Below are positions 13,386 through 22,343 of a stretch of 64,000 bases of DNA, piece by piece. Both the position numbers and the translations under genes were made by a program. Each line of letters begins with the position of its first letter. Positions within the stretch are counted from its first letter, which is position 1. The DNA comes from Planctomycetota bacterium (GTDB taxonomy: Bacteria; Planctomycetota; B15-G4). The stretch is from the NCBI GenBank assembly GCA_029259725.1, contig JAJDER010000038.1, positions 5,784-69,783 on the forward strand. Direction: 5' to 3'. The notes beneath the pieces are model-generated. The model was not told the DNA's origin and searched no databases. It saw nothing but the letters and a program-made list of their open reading frames with translations.

Positions 13386-14834
13386 ATGCTCGAAACACTG
13401 TTGTCCGTCCTGTGCCTGGCGCTCGGCGCCACGGCCGGAGTCCTGTGGGCCCGCGCCCGCGCCGCCGAGCGAGAGGAGCGTCTGCGGGCGGACGCCGCCG
13501 CGCGCGAGGAATCCCTGCGCGGTGAACTCGACCAGGCTCGGGCGGCCGCAGGCGAGGCCCGCGAGGCCGTCGCCCGCGCCGTGGCCGAACGCGAGACGCT
13601 CAAGGCCGCCGCGCGCGACGAGGCCGAGCAGCGCAAGCAGATGGAGCAGGCCTTCGCCGCCCACGCCGCCAAGGCCGGCGATGACCTGATGAAGCGTTTC
13701 CTCGACGTGGCCGGCACGCGCTTCGCCTCCAGCGAGAAGTCGGCGGCCGAGGCGCTCGAGCAGCGCAAGCTCGCCATCGAGCAGCTGATGAAGCCGCTGA
13801 CCGAGAAGCTGGGCAAGCTCGACGTGCTCACCCGCGACATCGAAGGCAAGCGCGAGAAGGCCTACGGGCAACTCGGGGAGCAGCTGACCAACCTGATGGG
13901 CGCGGTGGGCGACGTCCACCAGTCGAGCCGGTCGCTCTCCGACGCGCTGCGCGGCAGCAGCCAGGCGCGCGGCGACTGGGGCGAGATGGCGCTGCGCAAC
14001 ATCGTCGAGATGGCGGGCATGACCCGCAACGTCGACTTCAACGAACAGAGCCAGGACAGCGCGGGGCGGAGGCCGGACATGGTCGTCCGGCTGCCCGGGG
14101 GCGATCTCATCCCGGTCGACGCGAAGACGCTCTGGAAGGACTTCGAGGCGGCCTGCTCGACCAGCGATCCGGGCGCGCGCGAGGCGTCGCTGGCCAGCCA
14201 TGTCGCCAGCGTCCGGGAGGTCGTGCGCGCCCTGAAGAAGAAGGACTACGCGTCGGCGGTGGAGGGCCGCGTCGACTTCACGGTCATGTTCGTCCCCAGC
14301 GAGGCCGTGGTGGCCGCGGCGTTCACGCACGACCCGAGGATCTTCGAGTGGGCCCTCGCCCAGTCGGTGCTGATCGCCACGCCGGCCACGCTCATGGCGC
14401 TGCTGCGCACGATCTACCTGTTCTGGCGCGAGGACGACCTGGCCGAGGACAGCCGCGCGGTGTGGAAGCTCGCGACCGAGTATCACAAGCGCACGGTGAC
14501 GCTCTTCGGGCACCTCAAGAAGGTGGGCGAGGGACTGGCGCGCACCCAGGACAGCTACAACGCCGTGGTGGGCAGCTTCAGCCGTCGGGTCCTGCCCGCC
14601 GGCCGCGAGCTGGAGCAGAAGGTCTCGCCGACGGATTCCTCCAAGCGACTCCCGGCGCTCGAGCTGCTCGACCAGCCCATCCGCGAGGCGTCGGGCTTCG
14701 GCGTGCCGGCGCTCCCGTCCGCCGCGGACATGCTGGAGGCCGACGTCGACATCCGGGTCGCCGAGGCGGGGCCGGGCTTCCGCTCGCGTATCGGCCCCGT
14801 GGTCGAGGACGACGAGTCGCCGCGGCCGGACTGA
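13386..14834 (+). CDS. rmuC: DNA recombination protein RmuC
   Basis: N-terminal TM, coiled coil, RGDWGEMAL, RPDMVVRLPG..IPVDAK, VDFTVMFVPSE, ATPATLMALL. Confidence 0.92.
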   Translation: MLETLLSVLCLALGATAGVLWARARAAEREERLRADAAAREESLRGELDQARAAAGEAREAVARAVAERETLKAAARDEAEQRKQMEQAFAAHAAKAGDDLMKRFLDVAGTRFASSEKSAAEALEQRKLAIEQLMKPLTEKLGKLDVLTRDIEGKREKAYGQLGEQLTNLMGAVGDVHQSSRSLSDALRGSSQARGDWGEMALRNIVEMAGMTRNVDFNEQSQDSAGRRPDMVVRLPGGDLIPVDAKTLWKDFEAACSTSDPGAREASLASHVASVREVVRALKKKDYASAVEGRVDFTVMFVPSEAVVAAAFTHDPRIFEWALAQSVLIATPATLMALLRTIYLFWREDDLAEDSRAVWKLATEYHKRTVTLFGHLKKVGEGLARTQDSYNAVVGSFSRRVLPAGRELEQKVSPTDSSKRLPALELLDQPIREASGFGVPALPSAADMLEADVDIRVAEAGPGFRSRIGPVVEDDESPRPD

Positions 14835-14877
14835 GCCCGCCGCAACACCCTCGCGGCCGACCTGTTACAACCGCCCC

Positions 14878-15720
14878 ATGAGCGACGGGCAGATCCTGGA
14901 GACCGACGGTCTCTACAAATTCTTCGGCGCCGCCTCGGCCAAGGTTCCGGTCGTGACGGACGTGTCGATCTCCGTGAAGGCGGGGCGCTTCGTGACCGTG
15001 ATGGGCCCCTCGGGCTCCGGCAAGTCGACCTTGCTGCACATGGTCTCGGGGCTCGAGCCGCCCTCGGGAGGCACGGTCCACCTCGACGGGCACGATCTCT
15101 ACGCGATCAGCGAGAAGCAACGCACGCTGCTGCGGCGCGACCTGGTCGGCTTCGTGTTCCAGTTCTACAACCTGATCCCGAACCTGACGGCCGAGGAGAA
15201 CATCCGGCTGCCGCTCATGATCGGTGCCCAGGCGCGGCCAGTGGCGGCGAGCGTGTCCAGGGCGGCGGGCGCTGGGGGCGCAGCGGACCGAGACGGGGGC
15301 TGCGCCGCGACGGGTGACTCGGATGGCGCCGACCGCGACGGCCTCGACTTCGACCGGCTGGTCGAGCTCTTCTCGCTGCGGGATCACCTCGAGCAGTACC
15401 CGCACCAGCTGAGTGGTGGCGAGATGCAGCGCGTCTCCATCGCGCGCGCGCTGATCAGCAAGCCGGCCGTGATCATGGCCGACGAACCCACGGGCAACAT
15501 CTCGACCAGTGCCGGCGAGGAGGTCATGCGCCTCTTCCGGCGCTGCTGCGACGAGTTCGGGCAGACGATCCTGCTGGTCACGCACAACCCCCGTGACGCC
15601 GCCTTCAGCGACGAGGTGCACTTCCTCAAGGACGGCGAGCTGCACGGGGACGTCGCCCTGCGCGACGAAGGCGTGACCGCCGAGGCCATCAACGCCTCCT
15701 TGAAGACGCTGGGCATCTGA
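14878..15720 (+). CDS. ABC transporter ATP-binding protein (LolD/MacB-type)
   Basis: Walker A GPSGSGKST, GFVFQFYNLIP, LSGGEMQRVSIARAL, DEPTGN, VTHN. Low-complexity insert before the signature motif. Confidence 0.93.
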   Translation: MSDGQILETDGLYKFFGAASAKVPVVTDVSISVKAGRFVTVMGPSGSGKSTLLHMVSGLEPPSGGTVHLDGHDLYAISEKQRTLLRRDLVGFVFQFYNLIPNLTAEENIRLPLMIGAQARPVAASVSRAAGAGGAADRDGGCAATGDSDGADRDGLDFDRLVELFSLRDHLEQYPHQLSGGEMQRVSIARALISKPAVIMADEPTGNISTSAGEEVMRLFRRCCDEFGQTILLVTHNPRDAAFSDEVHFLKDGELHGDVALRDEGVTAEAINASLKTLGI

Positions 15721-15783
15721 CGGCCGACCGCATCTGACCGCGGTCGACCGCGGACCGGGCGCGGCTGTCGGCCGCGTTGGAGA

Positions 15784-18462
15784 GTGATCTTGAAGCTGAT
15801 CCTGCTGCTCGCCTGGCGACACCTCGCCTTCCGGCCGGGGAAGACGCTGGCCTCGGTGCTGGGCATCGCGGTGGGCATCGCGACGGTGGTCTCGGTCATG
15901 ACCATCGACCACAACACGCTGCTGACCCAGTACAACCGTCGCGTCCCGAGTGATCCCGACACCGACCTGCTGCTCCAGCCGCACATGAACTTCGGCGCCG
16001 AGCTCGGCGGACCGTCGGTGCTGGACGTCGAGGCCGTGCGCCGCGATCTGCTCGATCAGCCGTTCCTCGACGGCGTCGCCGCCCACGTGAGCGGCAAGTA
16101 CGCGCTGCAGGTGAACGGCAAGACCGTCGCCGGCGTCGAGCTGATGGGGGTCGAGCAGGAGGCGGCGAGCTTCCACGGTGCCTACCTGGTCGATGCGGGC
16201 GAGGACCTGGACTACGACTCCGAAGCGCCCCAGCTCCTGATGACGTCCGCGCTGGCCGAAGAGCGCGGTCTCGTCGTGGGCGATCTGGTCGTGCTCACGC
16301 AGCCGCCTCGGCGACGAGCGCCGGTCACGCGTTGCGTGGGCGGCGAGTACGTCATCATCGAAGAGCGCGTGCCGAGCGGCGCGCGCGCCGGTGGGATGGG
16401 AGCCGGCGGGATGGGCGGCCGTGCGGCCGAACCGCCCCCGCCGCAACACCAGATGCAGGTCGTGGGGCTGCTCGCCGCCACCCAGCTCGGCTACAGCAAG
16501 AACCGCGTGATCACCACCTACCGCGGTGCGCTCGACATGCTCGGGCCCACCACGGTGCCCCTCTTCTGGGCCGACTTCGACCGCTCGCAGAAGGACTTCC
16601 TGGGCGTCGAGGCCGAGCTGCGCGACCGCTTCGTGGTGATCGAGCCCAAGCGCGCCCTGGCCGGCGAAGCGCCGGAGGAGATGGCCTTCCGCAGCGGCGT
16701 GCGCTTCTGCGGGTTCCTGGCCTTGTTCCTCGGGCTCTACATCATCTTCAACACCATGTCGATGTCGCTCGTCGAGCGCGTGCGGTACATCGGGTTGATG
16801 CGCGCGCTGGGCGTGACGCGCGGCCGCCTGCTGCTGATCTTCATGGCCGAGGGTGGGCTCTTGTCGATCGTCGGGGCCGGGGCCTCGCTGCTGCTGGCCG
16901 ACGGGATCGTCGGCGCGATGGCGTCCCGCGGCATCTCGACGCTCGGCGTGGGCAAGGGCATCACCGTGACCGAGTGGCCCTGGGGCGAGATCCTCGGTGT
17001 GCTCGTGCTGGGCGTGTGCTTCTGCCTGCTCGGCGTGCTCTACCCGTTCCTGCGCGCGGCGCGCCTGTCGGTCATCGATGCGCTGCGTCGAGGCGTGATC
17101 GAACTCTCCGCGGACCCCTTCACCGGCGCGCGCCGCACCGTGCTGCTGGGCATGCTCGCGCTGGTGCCCATCGCCTGGTTCGTGGGCACGCCGCCGGGCA
17201 CGGCCCTCCCCGAGCCGATGTTCGAGGCGATCCTGCAGGCGCTCGGCCTCGTCGGCGGGACCTTCGCGCTGCTGCTGTTGTTCCCCAAGGTGCTGCCGCG
17301 ACTGGCGGCGGCGATCACCTCGCCGTTCAAGGGGCCCGAGGCCAGGCTCGCGCGCTCGACCATGTCCAGCTCGCGCCACCGCGTGTTCGGTTCGGTGTCC
17401 GGGCTGATGCTCGTGTTCAGCGCCGTGTTCCTGATCGTCTCCGTGCTGGAGTCGCTCAAGTCCGAGACGCGGCAGTTCGGCGAGACGGCCCTGGCTCAAC
17501 GGCTGTTCATCAAGGTCTCGCCCGACGGCGCCGAGCGCATGGGCGAGCTCCGGCGCGCGCTTCCCGAGCTGGGCACGCTGGTGCCGCTCAACGTCGAGGT
17601 CTACAGCCCGTTCCTGGTGCGTGGCGTGGACAAGCGCATCCTCGGCATGGGCTCGCTCGCCGGCGACGAGAACCGACGCCTGCTCTTCGAGACGCGCCCG
17701 TCGATCGTCGTCTCGACGCGCTGCTCGGACGACTTCGGCTATGCGACCGGTGATTGGGTCACGCTCAACACCGCCGCCGAGGGCCCGGTGGCCTTCCGCG
17801 TGCTCGCGGTCACCGACGAGTACGGGTTCGCGCCCGACGACCGGGTCTTCGGCGTGATCTCGGCGGAGAACATGCGCCGCTACTGGTGCCTCGACGCCGA
17901 GGGGCTGGGCAACTATTTCTCGGCCTTCACGCCGAAGCTGTCGGGCGTCGACCTGACCGCGCTCGAGGTCCGCATCGCCGAGGTGCTCGGCGAGGACGCG
18001 GTGCTCGACATCCGGCGCGGCGAGGACATCGCGGAGGACTATGTGGGCGACCTCCAGCGGAGCTTCGCGATCTTCTACGTGATCCTGCTGCTGACCGTCG
18101 TGCTCGCGGCCGTGGGGATCCTGAACGCCATGGTCATCGCGGTCATGGAGCGGCGTCGCGAGATCGGTCTGCTGCGCTCGGTCGGGCTCACGGCCGGGCA
18201 GGTGGCCGGGATGCTGCTGCTCGAGTCGGGGACCTTCGGCGTGCTCGGTGGACTGCTCGGTGTCGCGCTCGGCGTGCCCCTGGCCGTGCTGACCACCGAC
18301 GCGCTCACGCAGATGAGCCATCTCGAGCTGAGCTTCCAGCTGTCGCCGCGCACGATGGGTGCGGTGCTCGGCGGCGCGGTCGTCGTGGCCGTCCTGGCGG
18401 TGATCCTGCCGGTGCTGCGGGCGAACCGCCTGAGGTTGTCCGAGGTCATGCGCTACGAGTGA
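15784..18462 (+). CDS. ABC transporter permease (FtsX/MacB-like, duplicated)
   Basis: LGIAVGIATVVSV, IFNTMSMSLVERVRYIGLMRALG, NAMVIAVMERRREIGLLRSVG; two periplasmic core + FtsX units. Confidence 0.9.
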   Translation: MILKLILLLAWRHLAFRPGKTLASVLGIAVGIATVVSVMTIDHNTLLTQYNRRVPSDPDTDLLLQPHMNFGAELGGPSVLDVEAVRRDLLDQPFLDGVAAHVSGKYALQVNGKTVAGVELMGVEQEAASFHGAYLVDAGEDLDYDSEAPQLLMTSALAEERGLVVGDLVVLTQPPRRRAPVTRCVGGEYVIIEERVPSGARAGGMGAGGMGGRAAEPPPPQHQMQVVGLLAATQLGYSKNRVITTYRGALDMLGPTTVPLFWADFDRSQKDFLGVEAELRDRFVVIEPKRALAGEAPEEMAFRSGVRFCGFLALFLGLYIIFNTMSMSLVERVRYIGLMRALGVTRGRLLLIFMAEGGLLSIVGAGASLLLADGIVGAMASRGISTLGVGKGITVTEWPWGEILGVLVLGVCFCLLGVLYPFLRAARLSVIDALRRGVIELSADPFTGARRTVLLGMLALVPIAWFVGTPPGTALPEPMFEAILQALGLVGGTFALLLLFPKVLPRLAAAITSPFKGPEARLARSTMSSSRHRVFGSVSGLMLVFSAVFLIVSVLESLKSETRQFGETALAQRLFIKVSPDGAERMGELRRALPELGTLVPLNVEVYSPFLVRGVDKRILGMGSLAGDENRRLLFETRPSIVVSTRCSDDFGYATGDWVTLNTAAEGPVAFRVLAVTDEYGFAPDDRVFGVISAENMRRYWCLDAEGLGNYFSAFTPKLSGVDLTALEVRIAEVLGEDAVLDIRRGEDIAEDYVGDLQRSFAIFYVILLLTVVLAAVGILNAMVIAVMERRREIGLLRSVGLTAGQVAGMLLLESGTFGVLGGLLGVALGVPLAVLTTDALTQMSHLELSFQLSPRTMGAVLGGAVVVAVLAVILPVLRANRLRLSEVMRYE

Positions 18463-18776
18463 CCGCGCGTGCGAGGCGACTCCGCCACGGGGCCCGCGGT
18501 GTGGGTGCTCTGTCCCATGATCGGAACGCCGTCCCGGACGAGCAGCAGTCATCTCGCGCGGACCACTCGCCGAAGGCCGCCTCCTCGCCACGGCTGGGGG
18601 CCTTGCGTGACCGTCGGAAGGTGACAGGCTAGGTGCACGCGTCACCGTCCGGTGGCGTCGGCCCGGCGCTCCTGCGGCAGGGGAGAGCCCATCGGGAACC
18701 GGGTCGACAACTCCTCCCCTCATCGACCCGACGAGGTGCCGGGGCCTCCCGACGCGAGGCTCTGGTCCACACCGCC

Positions 18777-19646
18777 ATGCATCCCACTCCTCGCGCGGAG
18801 TGCCGGCCCCGACCCGGTGCTCTCCTCGCGGCGCTCCTGGGCGTCGTCTGTCTCGGTCCAGCCGCCCTGGCCGGGCCCCCTCGCCCTCCGGACGAGGTCT
18901 GCGCCGTCGCGTCGCCGTCGCCGGCCGGACCCGTCGACGAGGCGCGGGGCCCGAAGGCCAGCGGCGTTTCGACGGAGGCGTCTGCCCTGCTCGACGCCTG
19001 CCGTGCGGCGTGCCGCGCGCTCGAGACCCTGCACGTCCGGGTCGAGTACCAGCGGCTCGATGCCGGCGCCACCGAACCCTACGCCCCGCGCCTCGCCCGC
19101 GTGCGCTTGCAGCGCCAGCTCGATGCCGCGCCGCGCCTGTCCGTGATCGCCGACGTGGAACCACTCACCCCCGAGGAGTTCGGCTGGGCCTACCATCTGG
19201 TTGCCGACGGGGTCGCCGCGGCGGCTCTCGACAGCCGCGGACCGCGACTGCGTCAGGCTCCGATCGATGCCGCCTCCGCGCTGTTCGAACCGGTGGACGG
19301 CCTGCTCCCGACCCTGCTCCTCGCCGGAAGGTTGCATGCTGGCCACGAGCCGGGGGCCCCCGCGCCGAAGTCGGTGCGCAGGCTGGGGCTGTCCGTCGTG
19401 CACGGCGTGCGCTGTGACGTGCTCGAGGTCCTCGGCGCCGAGGGCGTCCTGACGCGCCTTCACGTCGGCAGCAGCGACCAGCTTCCGCGCCGGATCGAGA
19501 GCCTCGGCCCCGACGGCGTGGAACACATCACCGTGCTGTGGGACCTGCGTCCCGGGGTGCCGCTGAGCGATCGCGACTTCGCCCTGCCCCTGCCGGCCGG
19601 CGTGGTGATCGAGCCGCCCGGTTCCCCGACGGCATCCGGGAACTGA
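18777..19646 (+). CDS. Exported LolA-like / lipoprotein-sorting-fold protein
   Basis: Signal-like N-terminus; C-terminal GVRCDVLEV...LPRRIE...LRPGVPLSDRDFALPLPAG resembles the LolA/DUF2092 ending. Start codon uncertain. Confidence 0.45.
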   Translation: MHPTPRAECRPRPGALLAALLGVVCLGPAALAGPPRPPDEVCAVASPSPAGPVDEARGPKASGVSTEASALLDACRAACRALETLHVRVEYQRLDAGATEPYAPRLARVRLQRQLDAAPRLSVIADVEPLTPEEFGWAYHLVADGVAAAALDSRGPRLRQAPIDAASALFEPVDGLLPTLLLAGRLHAGHEPGAPAPKSVRRLGLSVVHGVRCDVLEVLGAEGVLTRLHVGSSDQLPRRIESLGPDGVEHITVLWDLRPGVPLSDRDFALPLPAGVVIEPPGSPTASGN

Positions 19647-19664
19647 CGCGGGGTTCCCGCCGCC

Positions 19665-21341
19665 TCAGCCCGCCGGGCGCAGCACGAAGGCGAAGTCGAA
19701 CTCCATCGTGTCGTTGGCGGGGGCCGGCTCGTCCAGCGTGGTGATGCCGAAGGGATCCCGCAGCCGGATCTCGAACCACCCCGACACGACCACGCGCGGG
19801 GTCCCGTCCTCGTCGACGACGGGCTCGAACTCGCACAGCACGTCGAGCGGGATCGACAGGCCCTTCATCGTGAAGCGTCCGTGCGCCCGTGCGGGGAGCA
19901 GGCGTCCGAACGCGAGCGGACCGTCCGCCTCGATCGACTCGAGATCGAAACGTGCCGTGGGCCACCGCGACGAGGCCAGGAAGATCGATCCCTGCAGCGC
20001 CTCGTCGAGATCCGGCTCGCCCATGGTGAGCGACGCCACGGAGACCTCGACGGCACCGGTGGCGCCGGCCAGCGAGCGGCTCGGGGCGGCGACGGTGGTG
20101 GCGCTGGTGGTGGTGGCGGTGGTGGCGGCGACGGTGGCGGCGGCGGCGGCGCGCGGTGCGAGGGCCAGTTCGGCCGTGAGCTGCCGAGCCTCGCCGGCGT
20201 AGCTGTCCAGGGGCGCGGCCAGGTGGAACAGCAGGCGCGGCGGGTCGGTCGGCGTGGCCGCGGCCAGCACCCAGCGGTCAGGCAGGCTCACCGGCCGGGC
20301 CGCGAGCCCGCTTCCCGCAGGCGCCTCGGGCAGCGGCAGGCCGAGGTGGTCCCAGCTGCGGTCGGGCGTCGCGCTCGCGAGGGGCTCGAAGCCGTCGCCG
20401 GCGCCGTTCGTGATCGCCGCGGCGACGGCCAGCTCGAGTCGATGACCGGCCTCGGCGAACACCTCGGCCCGGTCGTCCCAGTCGCCCGAGACGGGCTCCT
20501 GCGAGATGAAGACCGGCTCCTTGCAGTGGAACTGGCTGAAGACGGCGAGGGACAGGTACAGCTCGCCGCCCTCGGAGCGCCAGGGATGCACGTCGAGGTA
20601 GAAGGCTCGGTCGGACGGGCCCTGGATGAAGACGTCTTCGGACTCGAAGCGTGACATGCCGACCAGCAGCGCCGCGCGGGCTTCGACGGTGAAGGCCTCG
20701 GCGTCGTGGCCGTCGGGCACGGCGCCGCCGAGGGCGGTGATCTTGATCGGCGCCACGACGTGGGTGCGTCCCAGGCGCCAGACCCCGACGTCGTCGCGCG
20801 AGAGGGCCTGACCGGAGGGGGGCACGTGGCGCGCGGTGCGCAGGAAGTTGCGGACCCGGCTCGGCGTGGTCGTGCGCCCCTGGTAGATCGAGCGGCCGCG
20901 GTGGTTCTGGAAGACGATCATCGGCGTCAGGCCGATCTCGGGCGGAGCACCGTGCGCGGTGGACCGCACGCTCACCGCCACGCCGAGGTCCTCGGCGCCC
21001 GCGCGGATCGCGGGCAGGTCGCGCGCCAGGAAGGTCTGCTCGGTGTCGGACACGAAGACGACCAGGCGGCCCAGGAGCGGATCGGTGAGCTCGGCGGGCA
21101 GCGGATCGGTGTCCACGTCGCGAGGGCTGTCGGTGCCGTCCGACACGGAGGCCGGCAAGGGATCGAGAGCGGTGCCCTCTTCGTCCGACTGGCAGCCGGG
21201 CAGCGTGCCGAGCAGACCGAGCAGACCGAGCAGGCCGAGCAGGCCGAGCCCGCCGAGCCCGCCGAGTCGACCGAAGCGGACGAGCTGGCTCGCGCGCGTC
21301 GGGCCAGGGCGTCGAGCGGCGGCGGGGGCGCGGCTGGGCAT
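19665..21341 (-). CDS. Lipoprotein with Cys-less thioredoxin-like N-domain and C-terminal YceI-like domain
   Basis: Start re-assigned to ATG 21341; GTLPGC lipobox; C-terminal GAVEVSVASLTMGEPDLDEAL..FLASSRWPTARF..GRFTMKG..LRDPFGI is YceI-like. Confidence 0.65.
   Translation of the reverse strand: MPSRAPAAARRPGPTRASQLVRFGRLGGLGGLGLLGLLGLLGLLGTLPGCQSDEEGTALDPLPASVSDGTDSPRDVDTDPLPAELTDPLLGRLVVFVSDTEQTFLARDLPAIRAGAEDLGVAVSVRSTAHGAPPEIGLTPMIVFQNHRGRSIYQGRTTTPSRVRNFLRTARHVPPSGQALSRDDVGVWRLGRTHVVAPIKITALGGAVPDGHDAEAFTVEARAALLVGMSRFESEDVFIQGPSDRAFYLDVHPWRSEGGELYLSLAVFSQFHCKEPVFISQEPVSGDWDDRAEVFAEAGHRLELAVAAAITNGAGDGFEPLASATPDRSWDHLGLPLPEAPAGSGLAARPVSLPDRWVLAAATPTDPPRLLFHLAAPLDSYAGEARQLTAELALAPRAAAAATVAATTATTTSATTVAAPSRSLAGATGAVEVSVASLTMGEPDLDEALQGSIFLASSRWPTARFDLESIEADGPLAFGRLLPARAHGRFTMKGLSIPLDVLCEFEPVVDEDGTPRVVVSGWFEIRLRDPFGITTLDEPAPANDTMEFDFAFVLRPAG
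21207..21278. repeat. 9-bp tandem repeat (8 degenerate units) encoding the GLL/GGL signal-peptide core
   Basis: gccgagcag accgagcag accgagcag gccgagcag gccgagccc gccgagccc gccgagtcg accgaagcg. Confidence 0.85.
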
Positions 21342-21373
21342 CGGTGTGGGCTCGGGGCAGGCAGGGGGGCGAT

Positions 21374-22138
21374 CTAGCGCGGCTCGCCGTCGTCGCCGGT
21401 CTGCGGGGCGGAGATCGGGTTGGAGGCGGCCTGCGGTGCGTCGTCGAGCGGCGGGTCCATGTCGCGGCGGTTGGCCAGGTGGCCGGTGTCGGTCTTGAGG
21501 CGGTCGATGCCCTCCTGGTCGCCACCGTACACACCGCGGATGCGGCTCTGGGTGTCGAGCAGGATGAACGTCGCCGCACGGCTCCCGGCCTGTTGCCGGA
21601 TGAGCTCGAGCTCCCGCCGGCCTTCGTCCAGCAGGTACACGTTCACCGGCTTGCGCGCGCGCTTGGCGTCCAGGAAGCGCGACAGGTCCTCGGCGGTCCC
21701 GCCGTGGCACAGCACGACGAAGTTCACGGCGAAGGACAATCCGCGCAGGTCCTTGCGCAACTCACGCATGGCGAGGAACGCCTCTTCGCGCGCCTTGGCG
21801 TCGGCGAGGGGCAGCTCGCTGATCACGGCCAGGTTGCCGCGCAGATCCACCAGCGAGACCTGTCGCCCGAACTCGTCGGGCAGGCTGAACATCACGGGCG
21901 GGCCGTCCGCGCCCGGGACCGGCGGCGGGAACTCCTTGTTGAGCGACTTGATCAGCGGGATCGACCAGAGCGCACCGACCAGCACGACCCAGAACAGCGG
22001 TCGTGTCAGCAGCGCCGTGCCGGCTCCGGGAGCGCCGTGGTCCGCGGCAGCGCTGTTCGGAGCACCAGTGTTCGGGGCGCCGCTGTTCGGTGCGCGGTCG
22101 CCCGAGGGACCGCCGCCGGACGCCGGCCCGGCGGTCAG
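21374..22138 (-). CDS. SCO1/SenC-like protein lacking CxxxC and the His ligand; probable CTG start
   Basis: TM anchor, FSLPDEFGRQVSLVDLRG, FILLDTQSRIRGVY match the SCO fold; no CxxxC. GAGGAG SD precedes CTG at 22138, which overlaps the upstream TGA. Confidence 0.7.
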   Translation of the reverse strand: MTAGPASGGGPSGDRAPNSGAPNTGAPNSAAADHGAPGAGTALLTRPLFWVVLVGALWSIPLIKSLNKEFPPPVPGADGPPVMFSLPDEFGRQVSLVDLRGNLAVISELPLADAKAREEAFLAMRELRKDLRGLSFAVNFVVLCHGGTAEDLSRFLDAKRARKPVNVYLLDEGRRELELIRQQAGSRAATFILLDTQSRIRGVYGGDQEGIDRLKTDTGHLANRRDMDPPLDDAPQAASNPISAPQTGDDGEPR

Positions 22139-22341
22139 ATCAGCTCCTCGCCCTCGGCGGCCAGGATGCGCTTGATCCAGATCCACGTGCCGCCGAACAG
22201 CACGTACGGGATGAGCATGAAGCCGAGGATGTAGAGGAAGGTGTCGAGCCCCTGGCTCACCGAGCACGAGGGGCAGGCGGCGGCCGGCGCGGCGAGCGCG
22301 GTCAGGGCGAGCAGCACGGCGAGAGCGCGCGACACACCCAC
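22135..22341 (-). CDS. Small membrane protein: signal peptide, CPSC motif, one TM helix
   Basis: 68 aa, AAA|CPSC...FMLIPYVLFGGTWIWI; tightly packed in the oxidase operon. Confidence 0.75.
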   Translation of the reverse strand: MGVSRALAVLLALTALAAPAAACPSCSVSQGLDTFLYILGFMLIPYVLFGGTWIWIKRILAAEGEELI

Positions 22342-22343
22342 GC

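Noticed and set aside
18459-18632. 57-aa ORF overlapping the permease stop and a GGAAC...GTCA ECF-like promoter (18523-18551)
   Set aside because: The peptide has no recognisable features; the 20-nt spacer is too long for a typical ECF promoter
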